Assembly (NCBI GenBank): GCA_050247075.1
Contig: JBFWUW010000020.1
Span: 26,877-90,876 of the forward strand
Direction of reading: 5' to 3'
DNA length: 64,000 bases
Source of the DNA: Pirellulales bacterium
Lineage (GTDB): Bacteria; Planctomycetota; Planctomycetia; Pirellulales; JBFWUW01
Shown here: in pieces, positions 38,721-47,808 of the stretch
How the letters are laid out: each line of letters starts with the position of its first letter
Numbering within the stretch: the stretch's first letter is position 1
Notes under the pieces: model-generated
Told to the model about the DNA's origin: nothing
Databases searched by the model: none
Seen by the model: the letters and a program-made list of their open reading frames with translations, nothing else
Program-made: the position numbers and the translations under genes

Positions 38721-39671
38721 ATGAACACTCACATCAACGTACCGGCCGAACTGATCTTTTCCGTCGGCACGCAGGTTGTCACGTTGGTGGAGTTGCGCGG
38801 ACCGGGGGGAAAAGCCAAGCATCCGCGAGGGGCAGTTGGCGTGGTCGTGGTATCGCCAGCCGATAACCAGCATGCCTATCGCGTGCGATTTTCCGATGGC
38901 TACGAGGCGGCCTTGCATCGCCCCGATCTGGTGATGCTAGCCTATTACAAGCTGGGGGTGATGAACCAGACCGGCGAGATGCTGGCTCAGCACAACTTGT
39001 ACGACCGCGTGATCTTGCGCTGTGTCGTCGGCTCGCGGGCGTTTGGATTGGACGACGAAGCCAGTGACACCGACCGCCGCGGCATCTATCTGCCGCCGGC
39101 TGACTTGCACTGGTCGCTGTACGGCGTGCCAGAGCAACTGGAAAATGAACCGGCTCAAGAAGCCTACTGGGAGCTGCAAAAGTTTCTGGTCATGGCCTTG
39201 AAAGCCAACCCCAATATTCTGGAGTGTTTGTATACGCCGCTGGTGGAATTTGCATCGCCGCTGGCCCAAGAGTTGCTCGACATGCGCGAGTGCTTTCTTT
39301 CCCGGATGGTGTACCAAACGTACAACGGGTACGTCATGTCGCAGTTCAAGAAGCTCTCGGCCGATATCCGCAATCGTGGAGAGGTCAAATGGAAGCACGT
39401 CATGCACCTGATTCGGCTATTGATCGCCGGCACAACCGTACTGCAAGAGGGCCGCGTGCCCGTGCTGGTGGAGCACCACCGCGACCAGTTGCTGGCCATC
39501 AAACGGGGAGAGGTCCCCTGGAAAGAGGTCGATGCCTGGCGAGTTAACTTGCACCGGCGGTTCGATGCCGCTTTGGCGGAAACCGGACTGCCCGAACGGC
39601 CCGACTACGAGCGGGCCAACAAGTTTTTGATTGTGGCCCGGCGTCGGGCCTTGGAGGAATCGCTGCCATGA
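38721..39671 (+). CDS. RlaP/YcgL-like DNA pol beta superfamily nucleotidyltransferase with an extra N-terminal beta domain
   Basis: VGSRAFGL...SDTDRRGIYL, YWELQKFL.MALKANPNILECL, KHVMHLIRLL, LPERPD. Confidence 0.85.
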   Translation: MNTHINVPAELIFSVGTQVVTLVELRGPGGKAKHPRGAVGVVVVSPADNQHAYRVRFSDGYEAALHRPDLVMLAYYKLGVMNQTGEMLAQHNLYDRVILRCVVGSRAFGLDDEASDTDRRGIYLPPADLHWSLYGVPEQLENEPAQEAYWELQKFLVMALKANPNILECLYTPLVEFASPLAQELLDMRECFLSRMVYQTYNGYVMSQFKKLSADIRNRGEVKWKHVMHLIRLLIAGTTVLQEGRVPVLVEHHRDQLLAIKRGEVPWKEVDAWRVNLHRRFDAALAETGLPERPDYERANKFLIVARRRALEESLP

Positions 39672-40447
39672 CTCAACTTGTGCCGGCCATCGTCGATCCA
39701 CGCCTAGAGCGGCAAATCAACGCGCAACCCCATCCACTGCTGTTTGTCACCATCAGCGGCGCGCACCTGTACGGGTTCCCCTCGCCCGACTCGGACTTCG
39801 ACCTGCGCGGCGTGCATGTCTTGCCGTTGCGGGACGTGGTTGGCTTGCGCCCTCGCCATGAAACCCTGGAACGTTCCGGCGTGTTTGACGGCCTGGAGGT
39901 TGATCTGGTGACACACGATGCCGAGAAGTTCTTTCGCTTGTTGCTGCGTAAGAACGGCTACGTGCTGGAACAGTTGCTTTCGCCGTTGGTGATGCGGACA
40001 ACACCGGCGCATGACGAATTGCGAGGGCTGGTTCCCGGCCTGGTCACGCGGCACCATGCGCATCACTATTTGGGTTTCGCCGCCACGCAATGGAAGCTGT
40101 TCCACAAAGAGCAGCCGCGGCGTGTTAAGCCATTGCTATACGTCTACCGCGTGCTGCTGACCGGCATCCACCTGATGCGGCAGGGAACCATCGAGGCCAA
40201 CTTGCCGCGGCTGAATGAAGCGTTTCGATTGCCGTATATCGCGGAACTGATCGCCCGCAAACTGTCCGGCGCCGAACACGGCACGCTGGACGACGCCGAC
40301 CTGACTTTGCACGAGGCGGAATACACCCGCCTGCGTGCTGAATTGGAACAGGCCCATGAGCAATCGCACTTGCCAGACGCGCCGGTCAGCGGGGATGCGC
40401 TGGATGACTTGCTGGTGCGCATTCGGTTGGCGTCTGTCGAGTGTTAG
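39668..40447 (+). CDS. Second RlaP/YcgL-like nucleotidyltransferase
   Basis: ISGAHLYGFPSPDSDFDLRGVH, HDAEKF..LL..NGYVLEQL.SP, KPLLYVYRVLL; ATGA overlap with the first. Confidence 0.85.
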   Translation: MTQLVPAIVDPRLERQINAQPHPLLFVTISGAHLYGFPSPDSDFDLRGVHVLPLRDVVGLRPRHETLERSGVFDGLEVDLVTHDAEKFFRLLLRKNGYVLEQLLSPLVMRTTPAHDELRGLVPGLVTRHHAHHYLGFAATQWKLFHKEQPRRVKPLLYVYRVLLTGIHLMRQGTIEANLPRLNEAFRLPYIAELIARKLSGAEHGTLDDADLTLHEAEYTRLRAELEQAHEQSHLPDAPVSGDALDDLLVRIRLASVEC

Positions 40448-40487
40448 CTTCGTCCGTACACGGGCAGGGCGGAAAAAAGAAGGAATC

Positions 40488-40518
40488 TTGAACCATCGGT
40501 CCCCGTCACCCGTATAAT
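40488..40518 (+). promoter_or_regulatory. Sigma70-like promoter with 19-bp spacer, probably producing a leaderless mRNA
   Basis: TTGAAC (40488-93)-N19-TATAAT (40513-18); ATG at 40526 with no SD. Confidence 0.5.
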
Positions 40519-40525
40519 CAATATT

Positions 40526-40900
40526 ATGAACGCCGCCGTCCTCAAATCCCTGGTGCTGGCCAATGCATTGCTGCTGGCGATGCCACCGGGATGGTGTTGC
40601 CGCGTTCCCGCGATCAAAGACGCGGCCGTTCGGAAGTCGTCCTGCTGCCACCAGCAGACGCCCGAGCGGCCCGCGCCAAGCCAAATGCCGGGGCAGCCGG
40701 GCCTGCATTGCTGTTGCACGCGTCAGGCAACACTCCCCCAAGCCGCGGTTGCACCGGATCATGATGGGGTGAATGCGGTGGCGGTCTTGGCCGAAACGGC
40801 TCTTGGCCCGTTGCAGCAGACGCTGCCGTTGAGCCACGCATTGCCGGCCATGGCAGCGGGGCCTCCACTGCGCATTCTGAACTGCGTTTGGCGTTGTTGA
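40526..40900 (+). CDS. Small Cys-rich protein / possible regulatory uORF
   Basis: 124 aa; hydrophobic N-terminus, WCC, SCCH, HCCC, C-terminal AGPPLRILNCVWRC. Confidence 0.65.
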   Translation: MNAAVLKSLVLANALLLAMPPGWCCRVPAIKDAAVRKSSCCHQQTPERPAPSQMPGQPGLHCCCTRQATLPQAAVAPDHDGVNAVAVLAETALGPLQQTLPLSHALPAMAAGPPLRILNCVWRC

Positions 40901-41002
40901 GCGAGACGATTCGATGTTTGGCACGGTTCCCCGCCAGACTCTCTGGTCGCCGTGCGCATTCTCGTATTCGCCTTTTTCGCTTCAACCATCGGAGAACGTA
41001 TC

Positions 41003-41356
41003 ATGTCCGCGAAATTATTGGCCGCCCTGGCCATTTTGTTGTCTGGCCTGGGTCTGGTTAGCTATGGGTTAGCCAGCAGCAACACGGCCAACAAGAACTG
41101 TTGCGATTTGAACCTGGCTTGCTGCGAGCCCTCCAGCGCCTGTTGCGCGACGGAGGCCAAGCTGGGATGCTGCCAAAAAGGGCTGAAGTGCTGTGCCGAG
41201 AACAAGGCCTGTTGTGCCGCGCCGCAGAAGTGCTGCCTGGAAGGCGCAGCCTGCTGCGACGAGGCCAAACCCTGCTGTGGCGGCGACCGCGCAAAGGCCG
41301 AAGCATCGGTCAGCGGCGCAAAAGGCAAAGCATGTTGCCAAGCTGCTGTGGAGTAA
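41003..41356 (+). CDS. Secreted Cys-rich (CC-X5)n metallothionein-like protein
   Basis: GGAG SD; signal peptide followed by 10 CC pairs (20 Cys in 117 aa). Confidence 0.75.
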   Translation: MSAKLLAALAILLSGLGLVSYGLASSNTANKNCCDLNLACCEPSSACCATEAKLGCCQKGLKCCAENKACCAAPQKCCLEGAACCDEAKPCCGGDRAKAEASVSGAKGKACCQAAVE

Positions 41357-41386
41357 TTGTAGCTCGGACGCAGCAATAACCTGACA

Positions 41387-41424
41387 GCCCTCGTCGGTCG
41401 AATCTGTCCAGCGAGGGCCTTTTT
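41387..41424 (+). terminator. Intrinsic terminator
   Basis: GCCCTCG...CGAGGGC followed by CTTTTT. Confidence 0.55.
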
Positions 41425-41469
41425 GGGCCTTCCGGTGACAAGAAATCGAAGTTGCCGTGGAGTTCCTTC

Positions 41470-41655
41470 TCAGCGGTTGGCCCGGCGGATGGACCGGCCT
41501 ACTCGATTAAAGGTCCGGCTGGAGTTGACGCCGATGAGGCGCACACTGGCCAGGGTGACCGCGGCAACCAGCGCCAGCATAACCGCGTACTCAACGGCGG
41601 TGGGGCCGTCGTCGCCGTGCAAAAAAGTGCGTATTTTCATGAAAAAGCGTTGCAT
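41470..41655 (-). CDS. Flp family type IVb pilin
   Basis: FLHGDDG|PTAVEYAVMLALVAAV: prepilin cleavage Gly, E+5/Y+6 Flp motif and hydrophobic helix. Confidence 0.88.
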   Translation of the reverse strand: MQRFFMKIRTFLHGDDGPTAVEYAVMLALVAAVTLASVRLIGVNSSRTFNRVGRSIRRANR

Positions 41656-41956
41656 CGATGGGCCTTTCGAAAAGTGAAAACTTGGGTGCGATGGTCTCCT
41701 TGGCCGTTGCGCGGCCTTTCAACCTGGGGAACGAATGATTGGTGGAAGTGCTGACGAACAGAGCGGCTCCAGCCAGATTGCTGGGGCCTTTGTCCCCTAA
41801 AAAAACCCTAGGGCGCGGATTACCTGGCCGCCATATGGAAGTGTTAAACCGGGTAAACTTCATCCACCATAGTCCGCAATACCCCATCAGCCCGATATCG
41901 CGAATCGGCATAACCGCCACGAGGGGCCGAATCCGTGAAACCGCACCGCCTCGTCT

Positions 41957-43939
41957 TCACGCTGGGATGTCGTACTTGCAAGCCAGCCAGAAGACGCTGG
42001 ACCAATGGAATGCGGTAAAGGCCAAGACCGCGGCCAGGGAACGAATGAGCAGCGGCCACCGCGAACGGGCCGCCAGCCAATGGCCGCCCCACAGCAACGG
42101 CAACGCCGCCGGAAAGCCGATTAAGAAGGCCCATTCGGTGGCCAAATTCAATCGCCGGCAGAGCAGATAGTAGGCCGCCGCCACCAGCAGAAACGCCGCC
42201 GCGACGAGCCTACCCCACCACCGTTGGCCACCCTCCACCGACGGCAACTGGGCCACGCAGGCGGCAAAAGCCGAGAACAACGCCACATGCCAGGTAAACA
42301 CAAAGTCGCCTGTCGCCCGGCTGGCGAGCGGTGTTCCCAGGCAACCCAGCACAAACGCGGCCACCCAAAAAATTCTTTCGCACAGGGAACCGGGCCGCCA
42401 GCCCCACCGGATTTCCAGCCATCGCCCCGGCCATGCCAGCAGGCGGGCCAAGATCACCAGGACCAACGAGACACCGTACCACTGCCGTAGCCAGCGACAG
42501 CCCGGCACATCCATCATGAACTCTGGCTCCACGCCCAGCAGTAACGACCAGTCGCGGTATCGGGTTTGTGGCAAATCGGCCACGCTAGTAGGCTGTTTCA
42601 CAAGCTTCTCGTCTTGCAAGCCGCCGTCGGTTCCCAGCCAGATGCAGACCGCGCGGCTCTGATTACGCAAATAGAGTTTGCGGCGGTGCAACATCGGCGT
42701 GGTCCAGCCAATTTCGCCTCCCAAAGCCGTACAACGGGCCAGTTCCTGGTAGCTGTCTGGCGTCGCACGGGCCAGCAGCACCTGGCCGGTATCATTCAAC
42801 AGGATCAGCATGCCATCCGCCGACAGCACGCTGGCATGCCCGGTGGCTTCGGTGCTCCATTTTTCCTGGCCCGTCAGAAAGTCGACACAACAAAACTTGC
42901 CGCGCGATGGCCGATGAAGCTTGGCCTGCATGTCTCGCAGGTCAAAGCCATAGAGATGGCCATTGACGAGAATGCTGGAGGCAACGTCGTTGGACAGAAG
43001 TGGTTTCTTCCACACATCGCGCGGCGGCTGGCCAACGGCATTTAGTTGCATCAACTGTGACCCCGCGCGAAACGGCCCGCTGATCCACAAATGCGGCTCG
43101 CGGTAGATCGGCCAGGCCGAATGCTCGTCGTAACCGTGTGAAAGCTCGTTCCGCCACAGCACGGTGCCGTCGCGGGCATCGTGCGCTACCAGCGCGTTCT
43201 CCATGTAACCTAGAATTATCCGGCGGCCCTCCAGCACGATGGGATAAACCGGGCTGTAACTGGCCGCGTCATCGCCCGCCTGCCATGCCGTTTGACCGGT
43301 GCTGTCTTCGAGGGCCACCAGGCTGGCTCCACGTACGCCGACCGGCAGATAGACCAGGCCATCGGCCACGACCGGCGAACAGGCGTATCCAAAGCCGGGC
43401 GGCTGTCCGCTAAACCGTTGATACAATTCCACCGACCACAACAGTCCGCCCTGGCCGTTCAGACATCCCACCAACCCGTCGGTTCCGGCAAAATAGATGC
43501 GTCCGCCCGATAGCGTGGGGGTGGCGCGTGGCCCAGGATACAAGCCCAACGGTTCGTAGGGCAGCCCGTAGCGGTACTCCCAAACGTTCTCACCCGTATT
43601 GGCATCCAGACAAACCACGAACTGGCCTGCCAAAGATTGCCGCTGGGTATATACCCGCTCACCCTCCGCCACGAACCCCGAATACCCGGCTCCCAGCGGC
43701 TGCACCCACAGCACGGGCGGACCTGCATCCGGCCAGGCTTGGGCCAAGCCGACCTCGGCGGAACGTCCATCATATTCGGGCCCGCGCACAAACGGCCAAT
43801 CGGCGGCAGCCGGTTCTGGCTGTGCCATCAATACGGCTAGGGATATCGCCAGCAAAAGGCCAGGGCCGGCGAACAGGACATTCCATCGGGAGCGTCCCCG
43901 GCAGCGTTGTTTGCCGCGAATGGCCGTGGAAGCTGACAA
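41957..43939 (-). CDS. PQQ-like beta-propeller protein with C-terminal multi-TM domain
   Basis: ADWPFVRGP, WPDAGPPVLW, GPRATP, GYACSP, GEIGWTTP...LYLRN; about six hydrophobic segments at the C-terminus. Confidence 0.82.
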   Translation of the reverse strand: MSASTAIRGKQRCRGRSRWNVLFAGPGLLLAISLAVLMAQPEPAAADWPFVRGPEYDGRSAEVGLAQAWPDAGPPVLWVQPLGAGYSGFVAEGERVYTQRQSLAGQFVVCLDANTGENVWEYRYGLPYEPLGLYPGPRATPTLSGGRIYFAGTDGLVGCLNGQGGLLWSVELYQRFSGQPPGFGYACSPVVADGLVYLPVGVRGASLVALEDSTGQTAWQAGDDAASYSPVYPIVLEGRRIILGYMENALVAHDARDGTVLWRNELSHGYDEHSAWPIYREPHLWISGPFRAGSQLMQLNAVGQPPRDVWKKPLLSNDVASSILVNGHLYGFDLRDMQAKLHRPSRGKFCCVDFLTGQEKWSTEATGHASVLSADGMLILLNDTGQVLLARATPDSYQELARCTALGGEIGWTTPMLHRRKLYLRNQSRAVCIWLGTDGGLQDEKLVKQPTSVADLPQTRYRDWSLLLGVEPEFMMDVPGCRWLRQWYGVSLVLVILARLLAWPGRWLEIRWGWRPGSLCERIFWVAAFVLGCLGTPLASRATGDFVFTWHVALFSAFAACVAQLPSVEGGQRWWGRLVAAAFLLVAAAYYLLCRRLNLATEWAFLIGFPAALPLLWGGHWLAARSRWPLLIRSLAAVLAFTAFHWSSVFWLACKYDIPA

Positions 43940-43993
43940 TTTGCCTCAACCGTTAGGTTAGGTTGGCCGCTCGATTCGCTGGCTCGCCCTTGG

Positions 43994-44584
43994 TCAGCCA
44001 ACCAGGATGACGTTGAGCGAGCGGGCACCGTGCGCACCGATGACGAGCGACTGTTCGATGTCGGCGGTCTTGGAGGGACCGGAGATAAACAGTCCGTAGC
44101 CTGCCTGCTTAAACTCGATTCTCTCATAAGCCGCATGCAAATGGTCGATCAACTCCGCGCGGGGTACGACCAGCACCAGATGCTGCGTAATCGCGTAGAC
44201 CACGCGATGTTTGATCGCTCGATCCGTCACCCATACCGCGCCGTTCTCGGCCACTGCAAACTCACCCGGCAGGATCGCCACATCGACCGAGGCCAGATCG
44301 CGGGGAGAAGCCAGCGTATTGAGATCGACGTTGCCCAGTTCCAGCCCTGGCACGATGCAAACGATCTGACTGGCAGCGGGCAGGCAGGCCAGCCCTTGGA
44401 CTGTGCTGGCCAATTGGTCCTGCCGATCGAGAAAAGTTGCCTGGCCGCCGACGGATGCCAACACCTCCGCGAATTGTGCCTCGCGGTCGGGATACGAGAT
44501 CCACGCCTGTTGCAAATCAGGCAAGGGAGTTGATTGCGGCAGTTGACGCCGCAGACGTGTGAGGATTTCCGCTTTGGAACTCAT
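43994..44584 (-). CDS. lutC: Lactate utilization protein C (LUD domain, YkgG)
   Basis: AVAENGAVW, FISGPSKTADIEQSLVIGAHG. Confidence 0.92.
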   Translation of the reverse strand: MSSKAEILTRLRRQLPQSTPLPDLQQAWISYPDREAQFAEVLASVGGQATFLDRQDQLASTVQGLACLPAASQIVCIVPGLELGNVDLNTLASPRDLASVDVAILPGEFAVAENGAVWVTDRAIKHRVVYAITQHLVLVVPRAELIDHLHAAYERIEFKQAGYGLFISGPSKTADIEQSLVIGAHGARSLNVILVG

Positions 44585-45960
44585 GTTTTGCGCCGCCTGA
44601 ATTCATCGCGAAAGCTGCGGACGGGGGCGGGTGGAAGGTCGCGTTGTTTGCCCCAACGGTTCCACGGGCCGTAGATCAAAAACCGCGGCAGCCAGCGCAG
44701 CGACCAGCGTCCCACGCGCCCGGCCGCCCCGTACAGCCAGGGGCGGGCCATGACAAACGCGCCGGCCTTCATGCCCAATCGCTTGGTCCAGCCTAAATGG
44801 CCCAAGTGGGCAATCTCGCGCCGCCACGTAAGGAGCTGCTCATGCAGATTGATCTTCACCGGGCAAACATCTGTGCAAGACGCGCACAGGCTGCAAGCAT
44901 ACGGCAAGGTCGAGAATTGCTGGGGATCGCGGGCCGGGTTGAGGATGGAACCGATTGGTCCTGGCACGGTAGCGCCGTAACTATGGCCGCCGCTGCGACG
45001 ATAGACCGGGCAGGTGTTCATGCACGCGCCGCAACGAATGCAATGCAGCGAACGCCGAAACTCAGCATCGTGCAAAATCTCGCTGCGGCCGTTATCCACC
45101 AGCACAATGTGCAGCTCTCCGCTTGGCAACGGCCCATGAAAGTGCGATGTGTATGTCGTGATCGGCTGGCCGGTGGCCGAACGGGCCAGCAGGCGGATAA
45201 ATACACCCAGGTCCTTGGCCCGCGGAATCAGTTTTTCGATTCCCATGCAGGCGATATGCAGCTTGGGCAGCGAAGTCCCCAGATCGGCGTTGCCCTCGTT
45301 AGTGCAGATGACGATTCCGCCCGTCTCGGCCACGGCAAAGTTGACGCCAGTGATGCCCGCCTGGCAATTCAGAAAGACATCGCGCAAGCGTTGGCGGGCC
45401 GCTTCGGCCAGATATTTTGGGTCGGTCGCGCCGGCGTCGGTCCCCAGCTTTTCGTGGAACAGATCGCCGACTTCTTCCTTTTTGATATGGATCGCCGGCA
45501 GCACGATATGGCTGGGAGGTTCTCCGCGAAGCTGCACAATCCACTCCCCCAGGTCGGTATCGATGACTTCAATCGCGTGCCGCTCCAGAAATGGATTGAG
45601 GTGGCACTCCTCGGTCAGCATCGACTTGCTCTTGGCCACCTTGGTTACGCCATGCTCTTGCAGCAGGCCCAGCACGATTTGGTTGTGCTCGGCGGCGTCT
45701 TGCGCCCAATGCACGACCGCGCCCAGCCGAGTCGCCTCGCGCTCGAATTGATCCAAGTAATCGGGCAGATTAGCGATGGTGTGCGACTTGATGGCCGATG
45801 CCTGCTCGCGCAAGGTCTCCCACTCGGGCAGCGAGCGGGCCATGCGGTCACGCTTGACGCGCACAAACCACAAGGCCTGGTCGTGCCAATGGGCGCGCTG
45901 CCCATCCTGAACGAAGGCAGCGGCTGCCCGCGGGTGGTTGGACGTTGTAGCGGCGGTCAT
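44581..45960 (-). CDS. lutB: Lactate utilization protein B (Fe-S, YkgF)
   Basis: KSKSMLTEE, TDLGEWIVQL..EPPSHIVLPAIH, CIRCGACMNTCPVY, CSLCASCTDVCPV; ATG 45960 overlaps the lutA stop. Confidence 0.94.
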   Translation of the reverse strand: MTAATTSNHPRAAAAFVQDGQRAHWHDQALWFVRVKRDRMARSLPEWETLREQASAIKSHTIANLPDYLDQFEREATRLGAVVHWAQDAAEHNQIVLGLLQEHGVTKVAKSKSMLTEECHLNPFLERHAIEVIDTDLGEWIVQLRGEPPSHIVLPAIHIKKEEVGDLFHEKLGTDAGATDPKYLAEAARQRLRDVFLNCQAGITGVNFAVAETGGIVICTNEGNADLGTSLPKLHIACMGIEKLIPRAKDLGVFIRLLARSATGQPITTYTSHFHGPLPSGELHIVLVDNGRSEILHDAEFRRSLHCIRCGACMNTCPVYRRSGGHSYGATVPGPIGSILNPARDPQQFSTLPYACSLCASCTDVCPVKINLHEQLLTWRREIAHLGHLGWTKRLGMKAGAFVMARPWLYGAAGRVGRWSLRWLPRFLIYGPWNRWGKQRDLPPAPVRSFRDEFRRRKT

Positions 45961-46730
45961 GAAAGGGCTCCGGCCGCCAACGCGGGCACGGGGCGTCCCG
46001 CCAGGATTTCGGCAATGTGCATTACCCGCATCGGTTTCTTTTGCCGTAAGATCAGTCCTTGCAAATGCATCAAGCACGACATGTCATTGGCGGTCAAAAC
46101 CTCGGTTCTGGCTTGCTCGTGATCGTGCAGGCGGTCCAAGCCCATCATACACGACACGGCCTCTTCGTTGACGGCAAAGGTGCCACCAAAGCCGCAGCAT
46201 TCATCGGGTCGGGTCAGTTCCACCAATTCAATACCCTCCAGCGCTTCTAACAACTGCCGGGCCTTGTTGAATGCCGGCCCCACCACTTCGCTGGAACTCC
46301 CCAGCCGCAGTTCCCGCAGCCCGTGGCAACTTGCGTGCAGGCCCACGCGATGGGGAAAGCTCCCCTCAATCTTGCTGATTTGCAGCACGTCGACCAGAAA
46401 CTCCGTCAACTCAAAGACTTTCGTCCGCAACGATTCGTAGGCCGGATCGTCGTGAAAGTACTCCTCGTAGTGCTTGCGGACCATGGCGGTGCAACTCCCG
46501 GATGGACAGACGACATATTCGTAGTCCTGGAATATCTCCACGAACCGCCGGGCCAGCGGCCGCGCATCGTCCGTACAGCCAGTGTTGGCCATCGGCTGGC
46601 CGCAACACGTCTGGCCTTCCGGAAACTCCACCTGGCAATCAAACCGTTCCAGCAGTTCCACCGTCGCCATGCCGACCTGGGGATAAAGCTGATCGATGTA
46701 ACAGGGAATAAACAACCCCACACGATTCAT
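45957..46730 (-). CDS. lutA: Lactate utilization protein A (CCG domains, YkgE)
   Basis: FIPCYIDQLYP, QTCCGQP, SGSC, HASCH, ECCGFGGTF, DMSCLMHL. Confidence 0.94.
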   Translation of the reverse strand: MNRVGLFIPCYIDQLYPQVGMATVELLERFDCQVEFPEGQTCCGQPMANTGCTDDARPLARRFVEIFQDYEYVVCPSGSCTAMVRKHYEEYFHDDPAYESLRTKVFELTEFLVDVLQISKIEGSFPHRVGLHASCHGLRELRLGSSSEVVGPAFNKARQLLEALEGIELVELTRPDECCGFGGTFAVNEEAVSCMMGLDRLHDHEQARTEVLTANDMSCLMHLQGLILRQKKPMRVMHIAEILAGRPVPALAAGALS

Positions 46731-47530
46731 CCGAGCCTATCCTTTCCCATTGCCGCCAACACAATTCCGCCTAGTGTCAAATGCGATGAGTAGACCGCCG
46801 AGGCAGCCAGCAGGCCGGCCACGCTGGGGGCGGCTCCGCCTGTCAAAAAGATTTGCGGGGGCCGGGGCTGCTGGCGTCCCAGGCGGTCGATCAACTCGCG
46901 TACGCCGCCGACCGCGCCCCAAAACAGGCCCGACCGCAAGGCGGCCAGCGTTTCGGTTCCCAGGGGCGGGGGAGGTTCTTCCAACTCGGCCATGCCCAAC
47001 AGCGGCAGCAGATCGGTGAACTCGTGTAAGGCGCGGGCCGACAGGCCTATACCGGGCAAGATGGCTCCTCCTTCAAATGTTCCCTCGATCGAAACACGAT
47101 CGACCGTGATGGCCGTACCGACATCGACGACCACGGCACCTGTCTGGGCCACGCGCAAGGCGTTGGCCCCCACCGCGTTCAACAACCGGTCAATGCCCAC
47201 CATGTCGGGCTGGGGCAATGCCACCCGCAACGGCAAGTCGCCCGCCGCCAGCAAGGTGGTGGAGGGTGCGTGGGGCCGGTTTCGCAACCACTCCAACAAC
47301 CGTGTCATGGCCGGCCGATTAACGCTGCCAATCCACCACGACACATCCGACACGGCCAGATCATCCAGCCACGGCCCGATGGAATTCAGGTCACCCGTCA
47401 ACGAGGGCACATCGAGCGTCCGCAGCGGCGTTGGCAAGGGGCCGTCATCGTGGCCCGCGAACAGTCCCAGTTTGATCCGAGTGTTGCCGACATCAACGGC
47501 CACCAGTGGGTTGTCCGCGTTCGTTGTCAT
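46727..47530 (-). CDS. coaX: Type III pantothenate kinase
   Basis: VDVGNTRIK, VGIDRL, VDVGTAITVD, GGAILPG, LTGG. Confidence 0.93.
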   Translation of the reverse strand: MTTNADNPLVAVDVGNTRIKLGLFAGHDDGPLPTPLRTLDVPSLTGDLNSIGPWLDDLAVSDVSWWIGSVNRPAMTRLLEWLRNRPHAPSTTLLAAGDLPLRVALPQPDMVGIDRLLNAVGANALRVAQTGAVVVDVGTAITVDRVSIEGTFEGGAILPGIGLSARALHEFTDLLPLLGMAELEEPPPPLGTETLAALRSGLFWGAVGGVRELIDRLGRQQPRPPQIFLTGGAAPSVAGLLAASAVYSSHLTLGGIVLAAMGKDRLG

Positions 47531-47808
47531 GCAGGAATGTTACTCGCTAAGCCAACGGTTTTGTAGCCGTAGCCGCACGAGTCCCGCCGTGCCGGCTGGA
47601 TTGGCAGATGGACGATCAATCCTTGGACACGGTTGTTCGGCGGACAAAGGTCGTTCGACATGGTTCGTCAAACTCAATATCAGCCGGCACGGCTGGACTC
47701 GTGCGGCTACGGACGTGCTGCATGGCCCGTGAACACCCGCTACAATGGGGGATGTTTTTGAGCAACGGATGGGCCTACAGGCAAACTACTACACATTTGG
47801 GATTGGCT

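Noticed and set aside
41656-41900. Possible c-di-GMP riboswitch upstream of the Flp pilin
   Set aside because: Could not find the class I or II consensus elements by eye; an Infernal search would settle it
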